In this document: positions 58,515 through 64,000 of the stretch, in pieces
Position numbering within the stretch: the first letter of the stretch is position 1
Layout of the letters: the number at the start of each line of letters is the position of its first letter
Virus record (IMG/VR): IMGVR_UViG_3300037336_000025
Location: 122,313 to 186,312 of that record
DNA from: a virus
Reading direction: 5' to 3' (one strand)
Length of the DNA: 64,000 bases
Made by a program: the position numbers and the translations under genes
Notes under the pieces: generated by a model
What the model saw: the letters and a program-made list of their open reading frames with translations, nothing else
The model's database searches: none
What the model was told of the DNA's origin: nothing

Positions 58515-59587
58515 TATGCGCCCCTCCGCATGATTGTGACTTCAGCCATGCTCTTCCAGTTGTTGGCAAAGCTCTTGCGCAGGTCTGCAACCTTGAGCAC
58601 AGTGCGCAAGCTCAACTCACGCATCTTGGCACGGTTCTCCATAACAAAGTCTACTACCTCATCACGCTGAACTTCATTGAACTCGTAGCTGTCCAGCATG
58701 CCGTCGGCTACAATCTGCTTGATACGCAGGCACTTTTCACGATCAGTGTCCATTTGCAGATCAATGTAGTGGCAACGGCTTTCTAACGCTGCCAAGTGAT
58801 CTTGCAATTTCTTAGAACGAACGTTCTCGAACTTGATGTTGGTGATAAAGATAGCACCTGCTTTGAATTCGAACTTGTCTGGAATGCCTTCGCTTCGCAG
58901 GATGCGGCTGTCAGTGTTCCAAGAGATAGTGCGCTTCTTGCTAGTGTCCAAAGCCGCTTTGAGAATGTTCAAGCTAAGGTCGTCTAACAGTACTGAGTCA
59001 CAGTCATCGAACACGATAACGTTACCTTTCTCACTGTACTCGTAGAGCTTGCTGTACAGGCCAATGGCACTCATAGCACCCTTCACAATCTCATAGCGTG
59101 GCTTACGGTCACCTAGTGCATTGAACAGGTCGTCCTTGCTGAGCACTTCGTCAACACCAAAGCTCTTGCCTACGCCTGGAGGGCCTGTGACAATCATTGC
59201 TCGCACATTGCCTTCTTTCACAGCCTTGGTCATGTCTGTAAGTACTTCAAAGCGAGCACGTAGGCGCTCAACAATCTCTTCGTCTGTCTCTTTAGACACA
59301 ACTGCATCACTGACTTTGATCTGTTCCAAGCTCTTGTCTCCTGCTGGAGTTGCTGACACATCGCCTGACACAACAATGTAGCTGTCTACACCATCACACT
59401 TGATCTTGATCTTGCGATCTGGAATGCCTGCATTGCTGGGATTAGCGCTGCCGCCTTCTACTGTAACGAACCCGCCAGTGCTGCCAAACTTGAAACCATC
59501 TACAAGCTGAAAGCGTACACCGCTCATGCTGGTCTCGCGGCCACGGATCTTGTAGGTACCATCGTTGATTTGAATAACTGCTGACAT
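58514..59587 (-). CDS. P-loop AAA+ ATPase with N-terminal extension
   Basis: TGPPGVGKS, VFDDCD, IFITN, LESR. Confidence 0.85.
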   Translation of the reverse strand: MSAVIQINDGTYKIRGRETSMSGVRFQLVDGFKFGSTGGFVTVEGGSANPSNAGIPDRKIKIKCDGVDSYIVVSGDVSATPAGDKSLEQIKVSDAVVSKETDEEIVERLRARFEVLTDMTKAVKEGNVRAMIVTGPPGVGKSFGVDEVLSKDDLFNALGDRKPRYEIVKGAMSAIGLYSKLYEYSEKGNVIVFDDCDSVLLDDLSLNILKAALDTSKKRTISWNTDSRILRSEGIPDKFEFKAGAIFITNIKFENVRSKKLQDHLAALESRCHYIDLQMDTDREKCLRIKQIVADGMLDSYEFNEVQRDEVVDFVMENRAKMRELSLRTVLKVADLRKSFANNWKSMAEVTIMRRGA

Positions 59588-59666
59588 AGTTTTCGCTCCT
59601 ATTTGCTGTTTAAGTGTTTATTATACTGCCAAATGAAGCTGTTGTCAACCTCAGCGGCTGTTGTAA

Positions 59667-60143
59667 TTACGCCACAACTGCTTCTGTAGCCTTTGCTTCG
59701 CTCATTGAAACCCACTTGCCGTCTGTAGCGTTACAGCGTACGAACCACGCAGCTATACCGTTGAGCTTGCGCAAGATGTAGTCGTATTCCTCTTGCTGGC
59801 ATAGGTCAAAGTATTCCTGGATGCTGTCGTACTTGTTGCTCTGCTGGCTATACTCGCCGCGATCACGACCATAGAACAGGCACTGTCCAGCCCACTTGGA
59901 TTGGAACGCAAGGTACTCATCGCTGCCGTACTTGCCAGGTGCATCAAACGGACGCTTAACACCAATCTCTTCGCCCAGTGTACTGAGGTTCCCCAAGTCC
60001 AACAGTTGCTGCACTTTGAACGGGTCCATGTAGTGATTAGTTAGGATAGCGCCTGTGCCGGACAAATAATTATCCCAATGGCAGTAAACTTGCTCTACTG
60101 TGCCGTCTGCGTATTCTAAAGCAATAGTTCCGCGAGTTCCCAT
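59667..60143 (-). CDS. Conserved-looking phage hypothetical protein
   Basis: MGTRGTI...VYCHWDNYL; own promoter. Confidence 0.6.
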   Translation of the reverse strand: MGTRGTIALEYADGTVEQVYCHWDNYLSGTGAILTNHYMDPFKVQQLLDLGNLSTLGEEIGVKRPFDAPGKYGSDEYLAFQSKWAGQCLFYGRDRGEYSQQSNKYDSIQEYFDLCQQEEYDYILRKLNGIAAWFVRCNATDGKWVSMSEAKATEAVVA

Positions 60144-60237
60144 TTAGTGCTCCTAGTGTGTGTGTGTTGCTGTCTATGTGTTAATTATAGCAAGGTTTTG
60201 CCAAACTGTCAACCAAAAAGTTTGTAGTACTTGGGTA

Positions 60238-60537
60238 TTACGTGCTCCAGTAAGTTTCTGAGCTTGGGCTACAGTAGTAGGGCGTGTCATAACGCTCTTG
60301 AAACTCTATGCCACCCATTAAGTTTTGTCTGGTCACAAAAGTTTCAAACACGTTGGCTACCACGCCATCCCTACGAAAGTCTTCTGCAAGACACTCAATG
60401 TAGTCTTTGGTGCTGGGGGCATAGTCCATCACTTTAATAAAACGCAAGCCTGCCTTGTTTTTGCCGTAGCGCTCATCACGTTTGATACGCTTGTCTGCTT
60501 TGTAGATTTCAATTGTGTATTCAGTTAACTTAGACAT
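60238..60537 (-). CDS. Hypothetical early protein
   Basis: ATG60537 after AGGAG; shares IYKADKR and the C-terminal TPxxCxPSSExYWS with the 61905-62186 protein. Confidence 0.6.
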   Translation of the reverse strand: MSKLTEYTIEIYKADKRIKRDERYGKNKAGLRFIKVMDYAPSTKDYIECLAEDFRRDGVVANVFETFVTRQNLMGGIEFQERYDTPYYCSPSSETYWST

Positions 60538-60607
60538 TTTCAACTCCTGTTTTGCTTTGCTATGTGTATATTATAACAGCTTTTGGATTAATCGTCAACC
60601 AAAGACC

Positions 60608-60823
60608 TTACACATAAAAGGGTGAGTTGAATCCAAGTGTGTTATACACACATTCACACACGGCTGTATCGGTTGCTTCACCAAAGTCTTCGGGGAATCT
60701 TTCGGCCAAGTTGGTCAATGCAGTAAGTGTGGTGGGCCAATCATATTGAAGTATGCTGGCCTCTCGCACAACCGCTGCCACTGCATCATTGCCCGACTCT
60801 GTGTACATGCTGAAGTTTTTCAC
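60608..60823 (-). CDS. Hypothetical early protein
   Basis: GTG start after AGGAG. Confidence 0.55.
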   Translation of the reverse strand: MKNFSMYTESGNDAVAAVVREASILQYDWPTTLTALTNLAERFPEDFGEATDTAVCECVYNTLGFNSPFYV

Positions 60824-60874
60824 ACTGTGCTCCTGTTGCTAGTATTGGTATTATAACACTGGTTGGACCATCAG

Positions 60875-61132
60875 TCAACCAAACTCGTAAAATTTAACAG
60901 TAGGATCCACAGCCTTTAACTCCAGGGCCGCGGCGCGGAGCACACGGTATCTGCGGCTCTCTTCTGCACCGCTGAGCTCGCCATCACAGCTCAAGTTCTC
61001 TGGACTAAGGTCGCTGTCCAACATGCCTGCGATACGCTGACGGTCTGCACTCAGGGCCAAGCTGAGGGGCGCATCACCAAAGATGGCACTCCATTGATTC
61101 TTTTGGTCTACATAGTTTTGTAATGCACTCAT
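60875..61132 (-). CDS. Hypothetical early protein
   Basis: LSPENLSCDGE; own promoter. Confidence 0.6.
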   Translation of the reverse strand: MSALQNYVDQKNQWSAIFGDAPLSLALSADRQRIAGMLDSDLSPENLSCDGELSGAEESRRYRVLRAAALELKAVDPTVKFYEFG

Positions 61133-61209
61133 AGTGTCGCTCCTAGTGTGTGTAAGTGTATATTATAGCATCAAACAATAACCCAGTCAACCACTGGGTT
61201 ATTGTAACT

Positions 61210-61371
61210 TCACAGAGCGGCAGTGTCAACGGCTACATCTGCCAGCACCACTGTGACTTCGTAGCTCTTCTTTGCCTTGTAGAGCAGCGCTGCCATCTGT
61301 TGAGCAGCATACGAACTGTCAGCAACGATGGGCTTCTGCTGACCTTTATAGAATGCAATGTATGTACGCAT
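61210..61371 (-). CDS. Small hypothetical protein (53 aa) missed by the track
   Basis: Promoter, AAGGA RBS, MRTYIAFYKG...AAL*. Confidence 0.55.
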   Translation of the reverse strand: MRTYIAFYKGQQKPIVADSSYAAQQMAALLYKAKKSYEVTVVLADVAVDTAAL

Positions 61372-61431
61372 GACTTAGTCCTTTGTTGCTGTTTAAGTAT
61401 TAATTATAGCAGCTTTTGGACAGCTTGTCAA

Positions 61432-61668
61432 TCAGTAGTCTGCAGAAACCCTACCAGCAGCAGGGTCATAGCTAAGGAACACTTTGTTAATCTGTAGCTT
61501 GTTGTCTTCCATGTACTCTACCTTGTAGGCAAACTGTCCACCAGTTGTGATGCCCACGAACATGCTGCGCTGGAATGCAGGACGCTTGTAGCCTGCTGCT
61601 CGGATAGCGTTGGTCAATGCCACAGCAGTGAACGTGGTCAGTGTCTTGAGAGCGCTTGGCGTGATCAT
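61432..61668 (-). CDS. Hypothetical early protein
   Basis: Start MITPSAL after GGAG. Confidence 0.55.
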   Translation of the reverse strand: MITPSALKTLTTFTAVALTNAIRAAGYKRPAFQRSMFVGITTGGQFAYKVEYMEDNKLQINKVFLSYDPAAGRVSADY

Positions 61669-61838
61669 ATTGTCTCCACTGCGTCGTCTACCATCTTGTT
61701 GCACAGGTTCATTGTCATCATGGCCACAGTCATAGCCAATGCTCGCTCTGGACCCGAAAACTTCTGTAGGTAAGCGAACAGGTCCGCTTGAGTCTTTGGT
61801 GTGGCAAACATGCCACTGCATGGAATTGGATTTGTCAT
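61665..61838 (-). CDS. Hypothetical early protein
   Basis: Start MTNPIPC after AAGGA. Confidence 0.5.
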   Translation of the reverse strand: MTNPIPCSGMFATPKTQADLFAYLQKFSGPERALAMTVAMMTMNLCNKMVDDAVETI

Positions 61839-61904
61839 CTTGTGTCCTTTGTTGCTGTGTAAGTGTATATTATAGCAGCTTTTGGCAAAGCTGTCAACCA
61901 AAAT

Positions 61905-62186
61905 CTACATGCTCCAGTAAAGTTCTGAGCTTGGATCGCAGCTTCTAGGTGTGTCCCAAGCAATGACCACGTCCTGTCCAGTCATCAAGTTCTTCACGGT
62001 CTTGGTAGTAGGAAACCATTCAAAGCGCCATCCGTTATCTGGATTGTACAGATCAAACAGTGCAGCAACTTCTCTGCGCATACCGTTGTCATCACGGTTG
62101 CACCACACAGTAGTAGAGAACAAGCGCTCGCCTGTCTTCTTACGCCGGTCTGCCCGGTAGATGTACATGGTGTAGCTGGTGTTCAT
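61905..62186 (-). CDS. Hypothetical early protein, paralog of 60238-60537
   Basis: IYRADRR...TPRSCDPSSELYWSM. Confidence 0.6.
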   Translation of the reverse strand: MNTSYTMYIYRADRRKKTGERLFSTTVWCNRDDNGMRREVAALFDLYNPDNGWRFEWFPTTKTVKNLMTGQDVVIAWDTPRSCDPSSELYWSM

Positions 62187-62244
62187 TGCGGCCCTTTGGT
62201 GTGTATGTGAGTATTATACTGCTAATCTACAACCCTGTCAACTC

Positions 62245-62760
62245 CTAACGTGCCATGGCCAAGTCTACAAAGCTGGTGCGCTCGTAGCCATGAAACTTAA
62301 CGATGTGATCATGCTCTCGATGATAGGTGTACATGATTTTGCCAATGCCTGAGCTGGGATGCAGTGTGATGTGGCTTTGCCACATGCGCTTGGGCAAGAA
62401 GTAGTAGCGCAGCTGGTCCTTGTGCGGATTGTATATGGTGCAGCGAAGTGCCCCTATCTTGCGTCCACCACCTGCTGTTTCTACACCGCTGATTTCTCCA
62501 CCATGACTCCGGCCACCGGCCACCACAGGATTAACACGTATGCTGGCTGTCTTTGAGTCTGTGCCATCACTGAAGTCAGCATGAGCAGCATCAATAAACT
62601 GATAAGGGCCCACAGCAGCAAGGCTTTCTTCAACCAGTCGTTCTACATTGAAGATGTCAGGATGCTGCAGGCCGTAGGCTCGCAGGTCCTTGCTTTTCCT
62701 AAACTCTGGATGATACTGGGTTATTACATCTCTCATCAATACTAGGTTCTTACTCATCAT
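62245..62760 (-). CDS. Hypothetical protein (possible nuclease fold)
   Basis: DFSDGTDSKT could be a PD..ExK variant; own promoter. Confidence 0.55.
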   Translation of the reverse strand: MMSKNLVLMRDVITQYHPEFRKSKDLRAYGLQHPDIFNVERLVEESLAAVGPYQFIDAAHADFSDGTDSKTASIRVNPVVAGGRSHGGEISGVETAGGGRKIGALRCTIYNPHKDQLRYYFLPKRMWQSHITLHPSSGIGKIMYTYHREHDHIVKFHGYERTSFVDLAMAR

Positions 62761-62940
62761 GTTCTCCTTGGTGTGTATGAGTGTATTATACTGCCGCTCG
62801 TACTATGATGTCAACCTCTAGTCGCCGCGAACATCTGTAGCACCTAAAATGGTAAGAATCCCATTGTAGAATGCCAGCACTGTCACAAGGTTATCAGCCT
62901 CGGTAATCATAATAGATGGCACGGTGACAATTGTAAGACA

Positions 62941-63291
62941 TTATCTGTATAAGTGATCGTTCCGGACATCTGTGTTCAGTGTAGGCCCTAGTTCGCGGCG
63001 CAGCTCTACTTCGCGTCGATGGGCAGCAGCTTTGCCTCTCAGTGTTTCCCACACGTATACTTCGATCTCGCTCTTGTCTCTGAGTGTGCGCAGTGCAGCA
63101 CACAGCAGCCATGCCTTGTTCTCTGTCTTGGCACGGTACCAGTGCTTGGCTGCACGAGCTAGCACTGACTTGTTCACAGTGCTTTCAGTCTTAGCTGTGA
63201 CACCAATGTAGCTGGCACCACCTACACGCAGCTCATAGATGATGTGCGTACGGTCGACTCGCTTCTTACGGGGTGTGTTTTTTGTCTCCAT
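62941..63291 (-). CDS. GIY-YIG-like small protein
   Basis: HIIY.L......YIGVT, R, E, LN; TATAAT-N6-ATG start at 63291. Confidence 0.6.
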   Translation of the reverse strand: METKNTPRKKRVDRTHIIYELRVGGASYIGVTAKTESTVNKSVLARAAKHWYRAKTENKAWLLCAALRTLRDKSEIEVYVWETLRGKAAAHRREVELRRELGPTLNTDVRNDHLYR

Positions 63292-63357
63292 AACAGTATT
63301 ATACGACACTTTGAACACTCTGTCAACCAAAAAGAAAAGCCCCTAAGGGCTCAGTGG

Positions 63358-63612
63358 TTATTCGTCCCCGTCCGGGCTGTCATCTGCCGGACTGTGCTGT
63401 TCCGTGGCAGCAGCCTTCTTCTTGGGCTTGCCCCATGCTGAGTAGCTGGCACCTTCCACTCTGCCCGATACATTGTTGGCGATCTTCTGAATCTTTCCGC
63501 CCTCAGCTAGAAAGGCCGCCATAGCTGCTTCGCCTGCTAGCCGTGACTCTCGCTTTTCTCTAATGGCTGCTGCCTGCTGTTCTGCTGCTTTACCTGAATC
63601 GTATTCTGACAT
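63358..63612 (-). CDS. Hypothetical protein
   Basis: AAGGA RBS; FLAEGGKIQKI. Confidence 0.55.
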   Translation of the reverse strand: MSEYDSGKAAEQQAAAIREKRESRLAGEAAMAAFLAEGGKIQKIANNVSGRVEGASYSAWGKPKKKAAATEQHSPADDSPDGDE

Positions 63613-63631
63613 CTGTATCCTTAAGTTAACT

Positions 63632-63706
63632 TGGTCCGGCGTGCAGGAATCGAACCCACATTCTAGAGGTAGAAGCTCTATGTCCTATCCGTTGAACGAA
63701 CGCCGG
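63632..63706 (-). tRNA. tRNA-Arg(UCU)
   Basis: Acceptor ccggcgt/acgccgg, anticodon arm tagag-ctTCTac-ctcta, T loop GGTTCGATTCC, encoded CCA. Confidence 0.9.
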
Positions 63707-63712
63707 GAAATT

Positions 63713-63744
63713 TGGTGGGCCGACTTGGAATTGAACCAAGACCC
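63713..63744 (-). pseudogene. 3' half of a tRNA (T arm, acceptor 3' strand, CCA)
   Basis: gggtcttggTTCAATTccaagtcggcccACCA, with no 5' acceptor strand, D arm or anticodon arm upstream. Confidence 0.65.
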
Positions 63745-63763
63745 TTATACCAAAGATGCTTTG

Positions 63764-63835
63764 TTGGACCCTCCGAAGTCGAATCGGAACTTTAAGAATT
63801 ATGAGTTCTCGGCACTACCATTATGCTAGAGTCCA
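63764..63835 (-). tRNA. tRNA with CAU anticodon (Met or Ile2), CCA not encoded
   Basis: tggactc/gggtcca acceptor, gagaa-ctCATaa-ttctt, tccga-ttcgact-tcgga; 3' end reads ACAA. Confidence 0.8.
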
Positions 63836-64000
63836 ACGAAACACCCTTGTCTTATTTTCTTTATTTCAGCAGCCTTTATTATACACAACTTCTCGGGAAA
63901 TTGCAACCACTTTGCTCTATCTCTATCTGTTTCATACCCCTTTACCTCTATGTATAAATCTATAGATTCTATATAGAAGTCCGGAAAATATCTACGTGTG

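Larger units (their letters stand above)
47942..63906 (-). repeat. Dispersed array of about 26 early sigma70 promoter/RBS cassettes
   Basis: Minus-strand TTGAC(A/G/T)-N17-TATAAT/TATACT, usually followed by ACACAC/AAACAGC and AGGA(G). Lowest coordinate of each -10 box: 47942, 48390, 48713, 49047, 49922, 51167, 51452, 51847, 52468, 52670, 53503, 54843, 56911, 57601, 58048, 59620, 60184, 60570, 60850, 61162, 61403, 61869, 62213, 62785 (N18), 63298, 63878 (TTGCAA). Confidence 0.9.

Noticed and set aside
47900-63910. CRISPR array suggested by the recurring gtgt...ttattata...tgtcaacc repeats
   Set aside because: Spacing is irregular (about 200-2000 bp), the intervals contain genes, and the repeat is a -35/-10 promoter plus RBS; there are no cas genes.

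Overview
This window is a 64-kb piece of a large T4-like (myovirus) bacteriophage genome read with the standard genetic code; there is no sign of host chromosome. Order of modules: (1) 1-20.2 kb, late structural and packaging genes: tail fibre, gp15, gp14, gp13, dNMP kinase, tail sheath and tube, gp4-like nuclease, terminase. (2) 20.4-23.2 kb, recombination genes (gp32, UvsX, UvsY). (3) 23.3-31 kb, an AT-rich sugar-modification cluster with five paralogous KpsS/KpsC-like proteins. (4) 31-45.7 kb, replication genes (UvsW, a 192-aa mini-DnaE, primase, helicase) plus a half carbamoyltransferase, a nucleotidyltransferase, a GNAT-like protein, an SGNH hydrolase and a 2OG-Fe(II) oxygenase. (5) 46.5-64 kb, a GC-richer minus-strand early region of small genes behind about 26 repeated sigma70 promoters, ending in tRNA genes. 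The most striking feature is the terminase large subunit. It is broken at its Walker B motif by an atypically split intein (39-aa IntN, 112-aa IntC ending His-Gln/Cys), with a separately promoted HNH gene between the halves. An out-of-frame, recoded relic of the C-extein start (DEFAFV) follows IntN. Two other homing-endonuclease insertions also leave clear recoded duplicates of the invaded gene's end, and a fourth has a weaker junction match. Many late genes have TAAATA only 4-5 nt before ATG, which suggests leaderless mRNAs. All assignments come from motif reading by eye; no database searches were run.
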